Shown piece by piece: positions 9,981-21,000 of a stretch of 64,000 nt of DNA. Positions within the stretch are counted from its first letter, which is position 1; each line of letters starts with the position of its first letter. The stretch comes from an uncultured Planctomycetota bacterium. GTDB lineage: Bacteria > Planctomycetota > Planctomycetia > Isosphaerales > Isosphaeraceae. The stretch spans positions 736,001 through 800,000 of the forward strand of contig CAWGMQ010000008.1 in the NCBI GenBank assembly GCA_963823665.1. The letters run 5' to 3'. The notes beneath the pieces were generated by a model. The model saw nothing but the letters and a program-made list of their open reading frames with translations, searched no databases and was not told the origin of the DNA. The position numbers and the translations under genes were made by a program.

Positions 9981-11615
9981 CTATCGGTGCCGGTTCCATT
10001 CGATAGCGATCGCTGAGAGCGGAAAGCGCACGAGCGGCACGAAGCTCGCCGCGCCCACGAACAGCGATGGCTTTGAAATCAGGCTTGCCGGAGGCGCGAT
10101 CAGTAGCACGAGCGCGATGACCGCCACGGTGAAAGCCGCCCAGGTTGCGATGATCCGCCGGATTTGGGGCCATTCGATGAGCTTCCGGCGCATTGCGACG
10201 CGAAACGCGACTGCGGCGGCGCCCGCTTTCAACACGGCGACGAGCGCGACAAACCAGGGAGTCATCGCCATGATGCGCGGCAAGTACTCAGGATGCTGTG
10301 CTACCCATACACCCGCCGAAGCCAGGCACACGAGCAGCACCATGTAACCACACACCGCTGTGTCGGCCAGCCATCTCCGGCCCGTGAGCGCAAACGGCAT
10401 CCCATCGGTGAGCATGCGAAACATGAGCGCCGGAACCAGAACGCACGCCAGCACGCAGATCGCCGGCGCCCGCCCGCCAGGATAGTGAGATTCAAACCGG
10501 TGCCACACCGTGATCGCACCGGCGAAACTTCGCGAGAGCAACACGACCGCGGACGTTCCCATCAGCACAAAAATCCAGCTCGTTACGACGATCAGTAGCG
10601 CCAATCGCAGCTTCGCCGCGACCAGCGCCGCACTCGCGATCGGCCGCACCGTCATGAACGTGTTGAATCCGCGCTGCTCCACCCAGAACGGCCGAAGTCG
10701 CCCGATCATCGGACCCGCAGAGCCAATCACGGCAATCGGGGCGAAAAGCAGTAAACCAAGGATGAGTGGAAGAAGCGACGCGGTAATCGGCCTCCGGCCA
10801 GACAGGGCGATGCTCCAGATCATGAGCATCTCGAAAGCCAGGAAGCTCAGGACGACCCGGCCATGACAGTTCCATTCATACCAGAGCTGAGCCCGTGCGG
10901 CCGAACGGAAGGGGCGATAGGAAACCACTCGCTCCGCTCGGGCGGTGCTTCGTCCGACCCGTCCGCTTTCGTACCACAATTGCCACGAATCCCCGCGCCG
11001 CTGGGCCTTGAGCGCGGCAAACGCCAGCACATGCGCCACCGCAAGATACGCGAGCAGCACGGCGACAATAACGAAATGAGCCTCCTGTCCATCCCGCACC
11101 AAAAGCCAGATCGGCAAAGAACCAAATGCTATCGTCGCAAACGTCGCGATGAGCGCGCGAATCGCGCGCATGTTGAGCGGAAACCAGGCGATCGCCTGAA
11201 ACCACGAAACGATCACCACTAGCCCAAGCGCCGGCAGCCCGAGCGGAATCTCCATCCCGCTCGTGCGATAGACGATCTTCACGGTCACGAACAGGAGCGA
11301 CAATGCAATGAGCGAGCCAAAAAACATCGGCCAGAACACGAGCGACCAGCTCTTCAAGGGCATCACCAGCAGGTGCCGCGGATAGCTCGAGGCCAGACTG
11401 CCGGGCTCCTGCGCGAAAATCGTCGCATTGAGCACATACGTGAAAATGCCGATCAGTGGAATCGTGCTCGCGAGAAGCACAGCCGGCGCTCTGCTGTAGG
11501 CGAATAGCAGCGGATAGCAGAGGGCCATCACGGCGAGCCCCGCCGCACAGATCAGAAACCCGAACTGATGTCTAACCCAGATTCCGTAGCCGATTGCCAG
11601 TGCAGGAAAGTGCAT
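9981..11615 (-). CDS. ABC exporter permease (two membrane halves)
   Basis: About 12 TM segments, internal duplication; starts 2 nt after the ATPase stop. Confidence 0.8.
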   Translation of the reverse strand: MHFPALAIGYGIWVRHQFGFLICAAGLAVMALCYPLLFAYSRAPAVLLASTIPLIGIFTYVLNATIFAQEPGSLASSYPRHLLVMPLKSWSLVFWPMFFGSLIALSLLFVTVKIVYRTSGMEIPLGLPALGLVVIVSWFQAIAWFPLNMRAIRALIATFATIAFGSLPIWLLVRDGQEAHFVIVAVLLAYLAVAHVLAFAALKAQRRGDSWQLWYESGRVGRSTARAERVVSYRPFRSAARAQLWYEWNCHGRVVLSFLAFEMLMIWSIALSGRRPITASLLPLILGLLLFAPIAVIGSAGPMIGRLRPFWVEQRGFNTFMTVRPIASAALVAAKLRLALLIVVTSWIFVLMGTSAVVLLSRSFAGAITVWHRFESHYPGGRAPAICVLACVLVPALMFRMLTDGMPFALTGRRWLADTAVCGYMVLLVCLASAGVWVAQHPEYLPRIMAMTPWFVALVAVLKAGAAAVAFRVAMRRKLIEWPQIRRIIATWAAFTVAVIALVLLIAPPASLISKPSLFVGAASFVPLVRFPLSAIAIEWNRHR

Positions 11616-11617
11616 CG

Positions 11618-12538
11618 TCAAGAGCCTTCCACGCCGTTTGTTTTCGCAGAAGCCGCATGAGCAACGAAGATGTCTTCGAGAGTGGGGCTCGCGTCCTCGA
11701 CAATCTGCGCGCCGATGCCGGCCGCTCGCGCACAAATCTCATCAATCGACCCGGGGCAAACAACCGTCCACTCGCGGCCGAAGCCTTCCCAGCGAGTCGA
11801 TCCCAGGAGGGCAGGGGGCTTTGCCACCGGCTCGTCGAACCGCAGCGTCAGCCGATGGTGCAGCGCCTTGATCTCGTCGAGCGAACCCCGCAGCACGATC
11901 TGCCCACGGTCGATGAGCGCGACGTGATCCGACACGCGTTCAACCTCATCTAGCAAGTGTGACGAGAAGAGGACCGTACGCCCCTCCTGAGCGATCGTGC
12001 GGATGATCGCCGCCAGGATCTCCCGGCGCACGATCGGATCAAGCCCCGTCGAGGGCTCATCCAGAACGAGGAGCTCCGGCCGGAACGCCAGCGCCGCCAG
12101 CAGCCCCGCCCGCGCGCGCTGCCCCTGAGAAAGCGTCTTGATGCGGGCGCGCGGGTCGAGATCGAATTGCCGCCGCAGTTCCTCGGCGTACGCGGGATCC
12201 CACGACGGATAAAACGCCTGCAGGTAACGCAACATTTCGTGAAGCCGCATCCAATCCGGCAGATCGCGGTCTTCACTGAGGTACCCCAGGCGCGAGAGCA
12301 CCCCCACCGGATCATTCACCGGGTTGATTCCGAACACCCGCACGGTGCCCGCTTGCGCTTTCAAGAGCCCCAGAATGTGCTTGATCAGCGTCGTCTTGCC
12401 GGCTGCGTTCTCACCGACCAGCCCGAACACCGCGCCCCGCGGAACGCTCAGGCTGACTTCCTTTAGCGCAACCTTGCGCCCGAAGCTGCGCGACAAGCCG
12501 TCGATCTGGACTACCGCTTCGCTCGACCAGGCGCTCAT
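11618..12538 (-). CDS. ABC transporter ATP-binding protein (YtrB-like)
   Basis: GENAAGKT, LSQGQ, LVLDEP, SSH. Confidence 0.95.
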   Translation of the reverse strand: MSAWSSEAVVQIDGLSRSFGRKVALKEVSLSVPRGAVFGLVGENAAGKTTLIKHILGLLKAQAGTVRVFGINPVNDPVGVLSRLGYLSEDRDLPDWMRLHEMLRYLQAFYPSWDPAYAEELRRQFDLDPRARIKTLSQGQRARAGLLAALAFRPELLVLDEPSTGLDPIVRREILAAIIRTIAQEGRTVLFSSHLLDEVERVSDHVALIDRGQIVLRGSLDEIKALHHRLTLRFDEPVAKPPALLGSTRWEGFGREWTVVCPGSIDEICARAAGIGAQIVEDASPTLEDIFVAHAASAKTNGVEGS

Positions 12539-12935
12539 GACGTCTCTCCAATCTCTTGTGGTTGCATCGCCTCGTCGCGCCGGGCGATCAGCTCGCTCAG
12601 CTCGCTCACCCCGATGCCCATCTGCCGCGCTTCGGCCAGCAGCGCATCAACCCGCTCGGTCAAGATCCTCAATCGCTCGCGCCGCGCCAGTGGCGACCCT
12701 GCCTCGCTCACGAACGTTCCCGCGGTGCGTCGCTTCTCCACCACCCCCGCCGCTTCCAGCTCGCGGTAAGCACGGGCGACCGTGTTGGGATTCACGACCA
12801 GCTTCTCCGCCAGCACCCGGATCGGCGGCAGCTCTTCACCGGCGCAAGCCGGCCCGAGGCGACCAGGTACTTCACCTGGTTCACGATTTGAAGATAGATC
12901 GGTACGCCATCGCTCGACGAAATGTGAATCCGCAC
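12535..12935 (-). CDS. GntR-family regulator, YtrA subfamily (one indel near 12840)
   Basis: GTG 12935 gives MRIHISSSDGVPIYLQIVNQVKYLVASGRLAP, which joins GEELPPIRVLAEKLVVNPNTVARAYRELE after one added G. Confidence 0.9.
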
Positions 12936-12973
12936 CCCATTGCCTCAACAAGAAACCATCGCGAGCGCTGTCC

Positions 12974-12999
12974 TCTTGTATTAACTCAATAATACAAGA
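12974..12999. promoter_or_regulatory. Candidate YtrA-type operator: perfect 10-bp inverted repeat
   Basis: TCTTGTATTA-actcaa-TAATACAAGA, an AT-rich palindrome ~40 bp upstream of the GntR start. Confidence 0.75.
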
Positions 13000-13083
13000 T
13001 CAAAGCGCCGTGTCAACGAGGTTCTTGACAGGGCACACCCACGGTCCGGATGATGGTTTTGAGTCGCGTGAAGACGCCCCCCA

Positions 13084-13169
13084 GCCGGAGTGGCGGAATT
13101 GGCAGACGCGCCAGCTTGAGGGGCTGGTCCGATTAATTTCGGGTGCAGGTTCAAGTCCTGTCTCCGGCA
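13084..13169 (+). tRNA. tRNA-Leu (anticodon GAG), CCA not encoded
   Basis: Acceptor GCCGGAG/CTCCGGC, D-arm TGGCGGAATTGGCAGACGC, anticodon arm CCAGC-TTGAGGG-GCTGG, long variable arm, GGTTCAAGTCC. Confidence 0.96.
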
Positions 13170-13392
13170 TTTTTTATTGACGGCCCTGTCGGTTAATTCA
13201 CCCCACGCCGCGAAATCTCGGTGACGGCACCGAGGCTAATTCGTCGCGACTCAAGGTGAAACGGGACTCCGAGACCGGTCTATACCTAAGATGACTTTGC
13301 CGCGCAAACACGGTCGCGCACCCATGCAAGTCATGACATAGCTTCGTCGCTTGCTTCGCGCGGATCTCTTGCTTAGAATCAGTGTCTTCTGA

Positions 13393-13432
13393 AAGCTAGA
13401 GCTCTGGATTTTAAGCTAGAGCTCTGGATTTT
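13393..13432. repeat. Perfect 20-bp tandem duplication
   Basis: AAGCTAGAGCTCTGGATTTT twice, no spacer. Confidence 0.9.
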
Positions 13433-13550
13433 CGGGGAAAGCCGTTCTGCAGGGACTGCCAATTCCTAGGATATCGACGGTGAATTTCTCCTTGCGACGA
13501 CGGCCCGATGATGGCCGCGACATTTGCGAACGCGACCAGAGGGCCCGCGT

Positions 13551-14228
13551 ATGCCGCTCCTCGATGTTGGAACCACGGATTCGTCAAACCTGAGAGCGCT
13601 CAGGGACTGGCGAAACTATCCCGCCTGGTCTAAGTTCCAAAAACGCTACGAACCGTTGCTGCGCTCGTGCTGCTCCCGCCTGCGGCTTGATCACGATGCG
13701 GCTGATGAGATCTGCCAGCAGACCTGGATCGAAGTCGCGAATCGGATGGAGTCGTTCGTCTACGACCCAAAGGGAAGTTTCCGCGGGTGGCTCTGGACAG
13801 TTTGTCATCACGAAGCCATTGATTTTCTGAAGGGTCGGATGAGTGCGCAGGCGTTCTCAATCGACGAGCGGGACGAAACCATTGCGGCCGACCTGGAGCC
13901 GGTCGATCGGAGCAACTTCGCGAACGAGGCGGGGACCGGCGGTTTGAGTGAAGACGAAGGGACGAGTCCGACTCTCGCCGCGCTCTTTCGGGAGGCCGAG
14001 GAAATTCAGGTTGCTGTCAGGCAGCGGGTTGCGGCTCACACGTGGGAAGCGTTCTGGTTGGTTGGTGTGGTGCTCTGGACCGTCGAAGAGACGGCCAAGT
14101 ATCTACGGATGACTCGTGCCAACGTCTACAAGGCCAAGGCGCGCGTCACGGAGATGTTGCGGGACGAGGGCTCCCGGAGGGCTGTGATGGCCATCGACCG
14201 GGGATCCGCGGATCAACGACCTGGGTGA
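13551..14228 (+). CDS. ECF sigma-70 factor, kinase-associated type
   Basis: AWSKFQKRYEP, YDPKGSFRGWL, region 4 VYKAKARV; 8 nt upstream of a kinase. Confidence 0.9.
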   Translation: MPLLDVGTTDSSNLRALRDWRNYPAWSKFQKRYEPLLRSCCSRLRLDHDAADEICQQTWIEVANRMESFVYDPKGSFRGWLWTVCHHEAIDFLKGRMSAQAFSIDERDETIAADLEPVDRSNFANEAGTGGLSEDEGTSPTLAALFREAEEIQVAVRQRVAAHTWEAFWLVGVVLWTVEETAKYLRMTRANVYKAKARVTEMLRDEGSRRAVMAIDRGSADQRPG

Positions 14229-14236
14229 ACTCCGCC

Positions 14237-16714
14237 ATGCGTTCCTGCCCCTCCGAACAATCGCTACGGATGCTCCCCGGCGACGGGCTAGACCCTGCGA
14301 TCTTCGAGGCGATTGAGTACCATATCGAGGAGTGCCCGAGATGCCAGGCGCGCGTGGAGCGGCTGGCATGGAAGGACGCCCCGCCCGCTAATCAAACTTC
14401 TTACACGCTCCCGGCAGCCGGAGAAGGTCCTCTGATCCCCGGCTTTGTCATCGAGAAAGAGCTTGGTCGCGGCTCGATGGGAGTAGTTTACCTGGCGTGG
14501 CAAAAAACGGTACGGCGGCGCGTGGCGCTCAAAGTGATGCAGGCCGCGCCGGGAGCGGGCCAGCGGGCGCGCAAACGCTGGCGTGCGGAGGCCAAGGCAT
14601 TTTCATCGGTTCGGCACCCGAACGTCGTCACGCTTTACGACGCCGGCGAAGACCAAGCCTGGCTGTACCTCGTTCTTGAATACGTCCCGGGCCAGACCTT
14701 GAAGGATCGGCTGGCCGGGCCGCTAAATTTAGCGCCGCGTGAAGCCGCCCAGTTGTTGGTGACGATCGCAGATGCCGTACATCATGTACATCAGGCCGGG
14801 CTGCTGCATCTGGACCTGAAACCCTCGAACATTCTGGTCGAGGCCGCGCCTGGCGCGCCACTTGATCGAGGGCTGCTCAAAGTGGCGGACTTTGGCATCG
14901 CCCGATTCCTGGCAGAGGCCGAGTTCACCAGCACCGGAATTACTCGCGAAGGGGCTTGCGATGGAACTCCTTCTTACATGGCACCGGAGCAAATCGCGGG
15001 GACGCGCGATCAGTTGTGTCGAGCAACAGATATTCATGCTATGGGCGCAATGTTCTACCACTTCGTCACCGGCCGGACGCCCTACCAGGGGGCGACGCCG
15101 CTGGATACGCTCAACGATCTGCGCACGCGTGAGCCGGTGCCGCCGCGGCAGCTCACGACTTCGCTGCCGCGGGATGTCGAGACGATTATTCTGAAGTGCC
15201 TTCAGAAAGACCCCCGCCGGCGATATTCCACAGCCGAGGATTTTGCGGAGGATCTCAGGCGGTGGCTCGACGGCCGGCCGATTTTGGGGCGCCCGGTTTC
15301 GACGGTTGAACGCGGCTGGCGGTGGTGCCGTCGCCGGCCCGTCGTTGCTGCGTTGGCTGCCGTGCTCGCCGCGACCGTGCTGATCAGCGGCGGTGGACTT
15401 TATGCGTTGTATCGTCGTGCCGACGCTCAGAGGGCTAGTGCTGAATTTGCGCGCACGGCAGCGGAGCGAAATCTTGGGATTGCGAACAAGGTGATCGACC
15501 CTCTGCAGAAGTTGGTGTTGGATGCGTATAGCAAGCCGCGCCGCTTCGACGATGGTCGCCTGGATCAAACCGCCGACCTCGTGAGGGAGCAGGCTGCGAG
15601 GGTTCGGATGGTTGGCGGACTGAAGCACGAACTCTTGTTCGCGCTGAACCAAATCAACCGTTCGGTTGCGGTACGGCTTCAGGATGCGGGCAAATTGGAC
15701 GAAGCTCTTGCGCTCGTTCTGGAGCGAATCGATCTGATCGGCGAATGCCAAGACCGGGACCGAAATAACGAAATCTATCGTCGGGAAATGGCGGATGCAA
15801 GCCTGCAGGCGGCTCAGATCGCGAGGGACGCGTTGCGACCTCTGGAGGCCTTCCGACATCTCGAGAGGGCGATATCTTTCATTCTCGGAACCTCGATTTC
15901 CCGCCATGACCCGCAGCTCCAGTTTTTCGCCTTGCACGCTTCCGATGAATGCCGTCTTCTTGCACACCGACTGGCTCAAGACGGAAATCGCGACGAATCG
16001 AAACGCTCCTGGGACTGGCAGCTCAAGATTTGTGCTCTTCTGGACACCGAAGAAGCAGAGCGACCCGACCAAGTGATGATCAAGGCCTGCGTCCTTGCAG
16101 ATAGAGGACAATGGGAGCGGGCTTCGTCACTGATTCAGGCGTTGTACTCGAGGAAACACTCGCTCAAGTTGGAGCCGATCCTCGTGCGTCAGGCGGTTGG
16201 ATGGGGGTTAGCGGACTGGTCTCCACGTTGGATGCGACACTGGGAGTCAGTCCAGAATAGAAGCGCACCCTCCCCTTGGGAAATGCAGCAGGAAGCAGAT
16301 GTCATCATTACCTTCCTGAAAGAAATGTGCGATGCCTTGGAGACTCCGTCGCCACATTGGCGGCTCGCGATCGCGCGGGCGACCGGTGAATTGGCCATGC
16401 GGGCGCCGGTTCAAAGAAATTCGGGACAGCTCGACGAGGCGGAACGTACGGTTGCGTTTCTGATCAGCTTTGGACTTCGACTTGTTCAGAGGTTTCCCGA
16501 GGATCTGGGTTCTTACTTGGTGCTTGGCGAAGCGTACGCTCAGCAAGCAAAGAACTCCTGGAAGCGGAAGGATGTGGGTGCGATCAGGCGCCATTTGGTT
16601 CAGTCGATCGAGGTTCTGACTCGAGCGCGGCCACTCGATCCGAATGATCATGAAGTGTGCACCCTTCTCCTGGATCGAGAAAGGCGACTGGCGGAGCTAC
16701 CCGAATCACCTTGA
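14237..16714 (+). CDS. Ser/Thr kinase with N-terminal zinc-finger (ZAS-like) motif, TM helix and helical C-terminal domain
   Basis: HIEECPRC; GRGSMGVVY, HLDLKPSN, DFG, GTPSYMAPE; TM VVAALAAVLAATVLISGGGLYAL. Confidence 0.92.
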   Translation: MRSCPSEQSLRMLPGDGLDPAIFEAIEYHIEECPRCQARVERLAWKDAPPANQTSYTLPAAGEGPLIPGFVIEKELGRGSMGVVYLAWQKTVRRRVALKVMQAAPGAGQRARKRWRAEAKAFSSVRHPNVVTLYDAGEDQAWLYLVLEYVPGQTLKDRLAGPLNLAPREAAQLLVTIADAVHHVHQAGLLHLDLKPSNILVEAAPGAPLDRGLLKVADFGIARFLAEAEFTSTGITREGACDGTPSYMAPEQIAGTRDQLCRATDIHAMGAMFYHFVTGRTPYQGATPLDTLNDLRTREPVPPRQLTTSLPRDVETIILKCLQKDPRRRYSTAEDFAEDLRRWLDGRPILGRPVSTVERGWRWCRRRPVVAALAAVLAATVLISGGGLYALYRRADAQRASAEFARTAAERNLGIANKVIDPLQKLVLDAYSKPRRFDDGRLDQTADLVREQAARVRMVGGLKHELLFALNQINRSVAVRLQDAGKLDEALALVLERIDLIGECQDRDRNNEIYRREMADASLQAAQIARDALRPLEAFRHLERAISFILGTSISRHDPQLQFFALHASDECRLLAHRLAQDGNRDESKRSWDWQLKICALLDTEEAERPDQVMIKACVLADRGQWERASSLIQALYSRKHSLKLEPILVRQAVGWGLADWSPRWMRHWESVQNRSAPSPWEMQQEADVIITFLKEMCDALETPSPHWRLAIARATGELAMRAPVQRNSGQLDEAERTVAFLISFGLRLVQRFPEDLGSYLVLGEAYAQQAKNSWKRKDVGAIRRHLVQSIEVLTRARPLDPNDHEVCTLLLDRERRLAELPESP

Positions 16715-16731
16715 GGAGCGCTCGGGACCGC

Positions 16732-17463
16732 TCAAACCATTGCGTTTTGCGGGCGCTCAGGATTTCTTAGACCGACGGCTGGAATGCTCGCCGCGCTTGG
16801 CTCGATTCGAGAAATCCTCAAGCCGAACAGCGCAGCGATGCCGATGACCATCAAGACGACGGCTGAAGGTTCGGGTACGCTGTTTACGCTGATGCCGTCG
16901 AGCGCAATACCGCCAAGGCTGCCGGCCGGATCGTCGGAGGCGAATGATAAAGTTGTAAGCGCACCTACTGCTGTGAATTGGATGACTGGCGATTGAATCC
17001 AGTCTGGATCTGAGCCCGATGATGTCGAGTGCGATATCGTGAATGGAGTTAACAACTGTTCATTATTTTTGGTATTGAGTAGGCTTACTGTCGCAGTGGC
17101 GGGTACTGTGCCGGCGACGGGATTGTTGGCATAAGCGAAACTCAACGAATAGACGGTGCCAGGCGTGGTAGCAAAGGATTGCTGGATCGTACCAGCGGTG
17201 CCGCCGTCCAGGTCGAGCCATTGAGTTCCCGCAAATGCAGTGATGTAAATTCCACCACCTACGACCACGTTCACGTTTCCGGAGGTGACGCTCCAGCCAA
17301 AGCCGGCAGGCTCCAAGCCGGGCCCGAAGGTTATGTATTGCGTACCGTCTGTGAGGTGCGGAACTTCAAAGCCGCCGTTCACGATGGAGCCGCCAAATGC
17401 AGACTCGGGAAACGCAACGGCGAATAGCAATAGGGCGATGGGAGCGGATAAGAAACGTCGCAT
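16732..17463 (-). CDS. PEP-CTERM protein with DUF642-like carbohydrate-binding-fold domain
   Basis: Signal peptide; IVNGGFEVP, WLDLDG, IQQSFATTPGTVYSLSFAYANNP; VPEPS + TM; AAGGAG RBS. Confidence 0.88.
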   Translation of the reverse strand: MRRFLSAPIALLLFAVAFPESAFGGSIVNGGFEVPHLTDGTQYITFGPGLEPAGFGWSVTSGNVNVVVGGGIYITAFAGTQWLDLDGGTAGTIQQSFATTPGTVYSLSFAYANNPVAGTVPATATVSLLNTKNNEQLLTPFTISHSTSSGSDPDWIQSPVIQFTAVGALTTLSFASDDPAGSLGGIALDGISVNSVPEPSAVVLMVIGIAALFGLRISRIEPSAASIPAVGLRNPERPQNAMV

Positions 17464-18067
17464 GCAAGTAACTCCTTATCAGGATAGGTTTCGACGCTCG
17501 GTGATGAAAGCGGCCGCGCGCGTAGATTCAGGCGGTGCCGAATGATGTCAAAGGTTTTTTTCGCGGCACGCGTACGCTCGGCTTGATTGTTCGGGAAAAA
17601 GGAGCGCAAGAGCACGATTCAGTTGGACGATTCGCACACACACGAGCGGAGCATTTTCAGCGCCGATGCCCAGTACTGGACTCGACAGCCGTGCGGTGGG
17701 CGCGGAGCACTGCGATGAAGCCTCCTTCACAGTGACTACTGTTTCCGTGGACACGATCGCCGATTTTTTTTTGGGCGGGCGATTCTGGACCGCCGCGAAT
17801 TCTGCACCGGCTGCCGCCCGAGGTCTCTGCGAGATGACCGGATCCAGGAGCGACGAGCTTGTGGTACAACATCGGCATGCTGAATCGCATTCATCACCGC
17901 GACGGGCAGGTGCACAGCGTTCCGCGATTGGCTTTGTGTGCAACGCTCTCTGGGCTGTGCGCGGGACGCATTTTCGCCGCGCGGAATTCCCGTGAGGACT
18001 ACCCCATATTCGAACACTACCCTTAGGGGAGCAAACACCGAGGATATCAAAGAGGAGTCGACGACCA

Positions 18068-21000
18068 ATGGCGGGCAGGGAATCGGGCGCGTGGCTCCGG
18101 CAGGTCTTCGGGCTCTTTCGCCAGGGTACCTTCGGCGGCCTGTCCGACGGTCAGCTTCTGGACCGTTTCGTCTCGCGGCAAGGCGATGACGCGGAGGCGT
18201 CGTTCGAAGAGCTGATGCACCGGCACGGGCCTATGGTGCTGCGCATCTGCCGCCGCGTCCTTCGCTACCCGCAGGATGCGGAAGACGCGTTTCAGGCGAC
18301 GTTCCTCGTGCTGGCGCATCGGGCTGGCTCGATCCGGCGGCGGGATTCGGTAGCGAGCTGGCTTTTCGGCGTCTCGCAGCGGGTCGCCGCCCAGGCCCGA
18401 CTCCGTGCAGCGCGTCGACGTCAAGGTGAACGGATTGCGGCCGAGCAGACGCCCGAGGCCTGCTTGCCCAGCCACGCTGGTGATGAACCCGAGGCGCTCC
18501 TCGAAGAGATCGATCGCTTGCCGGACCGGCTTCGCGCGGCTGTCGTGCTCTTCTATCTGGAAGGCTTGACGTATGAGGCTGCGGCGCTGAGGCTGGGCGT
18601 CTCCGAAGGCTCAGTTCGTGGCCGGTTGGCGCGGCGCGCGCTCAATTGCGCCGGCGACTGACCCAACGCGGCGTGACCGTACCCGCCGGAGTCCTGGCTG
18701 TCGGCACGATCGCCCAGGGGCATTCTCAGGCCGCACTTTCGGTTCATCTTCCCGCCTCACTCATTGATTCCACGATTCGCGTGGCGCTGGGATTCAAGGC
18801 CGGCGAGACGGCCACCGCCCTGGCGCGGGGGGTATTGAAATCCATGCTCATCAGCAAACTAAAGGCGGTGACGGTCGTTTTCCTGGCCGTGTTGGGGGGC
18901 AGCCTGCTGGCCTGGCAGACGTTCGCTGCGTCGGACGATAACAAGCCCCAATCGACACCGAGGCCCGAGTCGCCTCGCGCAGCATCCACGCCCAAAACCG
19001 AACCGCAAGCTGACCGCGCGACGGGCAAGTATGCCCTGACAGGCTCGGTGCGCGTCGAGGGGACCGAAGAGCCGGTCCGGGGCGCCCGATTCAAAGTGAT
19101 TTTTTGCCTCACCGGGATGCACCCGATCCTCGAGGCGAATCCCGAGGTGACTCGAATCGTCGAGACGGCACCCGACGGCCGGTTCCGTGCGGACCTCCCG
19201 GCCGGGCATGTGGTCGTCGATCTTTATTCGCTTCCGCCGGGCTACTTGCGAGTCAGGGGTCAGGAGGGTGGCGTATTTGCTTTCTCTCGCGAGGCCCCGG
19301 TGCGCCGTCGGGACTACCAAGTCCGGCGCGGCGCTGTCTGGGAATTTCAGGTGCGACAGGACTCCGGCGAGCCGCTCGAAGGAGCCAGGGTTTACTTCAT
19401 GAACACGTCGCTGCTCGAAAGTTTCAAGACGGAGACCGACCAATCGGGCCGCGCGCTCGTGACGCTTCCAACCGAAGGGAAGAAGCTCACTGGACACGTT
19501 AGCAAGCACAATATAGTACGGAAGGGCAAGGATATTAACCTGGAATGGGAGTCGGGTTTTCAGCCGGACAAAGTCCGATCTGTCGTGCGGGCCGAAGGGA
19601 AATCAAGCTTTCCGGCATCAGTGCCCGCCAAGAATGGGCGACGCGTGCTTGAGCCCGTTGCGGAGCCATCTGTCCGGTTCAGTCTCACCGACGTGAACGG
19701 GAAATCCGCGACGATCGAGGCTTCGCCGGGTGTCGAGCCCGCGATCGAGCGGGGGAAGCTCGTGATCCGTGTGAACTACTCGGAACTCAAAAGCGCGGAG
19801 GTCGGCGAGCTGACCGGACAGGTTCTCGATGAACACGGGCGACTTGTTGCGGGCGCGCTCGTCGGGCTGGGGTGGGGCGGGGATATTGGAAAGGGAGCCG
19901 AGTGGAGCTCTAACGACGCGCGGCATTGGACGACGAGCGACCCCGAGGGGCGATATCGCATCGGTTCCATCGCGCGCCAGGGTCACGACGGCAAGCCCCT
20001 GAATATCCAGGTCATGGTCAAGAAAGAGGGATTCGCCCCCGCTTATTCGAAGCAGTTCCGGTTCGAGCCGGCCCCGAACGGCAGTCCTCAGGAAGTCGCG
20101 CCGATCCGGCTCGAGCGCGGAGTGACGCTCCGTGGGACGGTCGTCGATCCCCAAGGGCGACCCGTGGAAGGGGCCTTGGTCCAGCCCAACGTCCACTCCT
20201 TCGCGAGCGAGCTCCAGTTCACCCGGACCGATGAAAAGGGCCATTTCACAGTGCGCGTCTCCCAGGGATTGATCCCGATCGTTTTCACCTGTGGCGAGCT
20301 CGGGGCGGCTAAGAAATACCTGGTCGATGACGGTACCGAGGAGATCCTGGTCAAGCTTCACTCCGCGAACGAACCAGACGCGCAGCGACCGGTCGCTGCC
20401 GCCCCGTCGGCGCGCCCCAAGCGGCTCGCGGCCGGACAGCCCGCCCCGGAGTGGCAGGTCGGCGCTTGGTCTGACGGCAAACCCCGCAAGCTCGCCGATC
20501 TCAAGGGCAAGGTCGTCTTCCTCGATTTCTGGGGCATCTGGCACAGCGCCTGCATCGATGCGCAGCAACCGGTCCTTGCCGCCCCGCCGGCGCGGCCCAA
20601 GCGGCTGGCGGCCGGACAGCCCGCCCCGGAGTGGCAGGTCGGCGCTTGGTCTGACGGCAAACCCCGCAAGCTCGCCGATCTCAAGGGCAAGGTCGTCTTC
20701 CTCGATTTCTGGGGCATCTGGTGCAGCGCCTGCATCGATGCCTTGCCCGTGCTGGACCAGCTCAAACGCGAGTTCGAGCCGCGCGGAGTGGTGTTCCTGT
20801 CGATCCATACTCCGGGAGAGAATGAAAACCCGATTCGTCGTGTGCTCGAGTTTCATAAAGTGCAGCTACTCTTTGCTATCGATCAGGATCTGAAGGGCAA
20901 GTTCGACCTCATGGATGGCGTCACAGCCGATCGCTATCGCGTCCGCGGCTGGCCCAGTGTGTTCCTGATCGACACCGCGGGCAAGATCGCCGGTAGTCCT

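Noticed and set aside
13393..13432. CRISPR array
   Set aside because: Two abutting copies, no spacers, no cas genes.
13084..13520. tRNA-Leu as attachment site of an integrated element
   Set aside because: No integrase in the window and I found no second copy of the tRNA 3' end; only suggestive composition.
17464..18067. Short ORFs or ncRNA in the divergent intergenic region
   Set aside because: No recognisable protein motif or RNA family; likely promoter region.
20377..20741. Diversity-generating retroelement TR/VR pair
   Set aside because: The copies are in-frame tandem, differences are not adenine-specific, and there is no reverse transcriptase.
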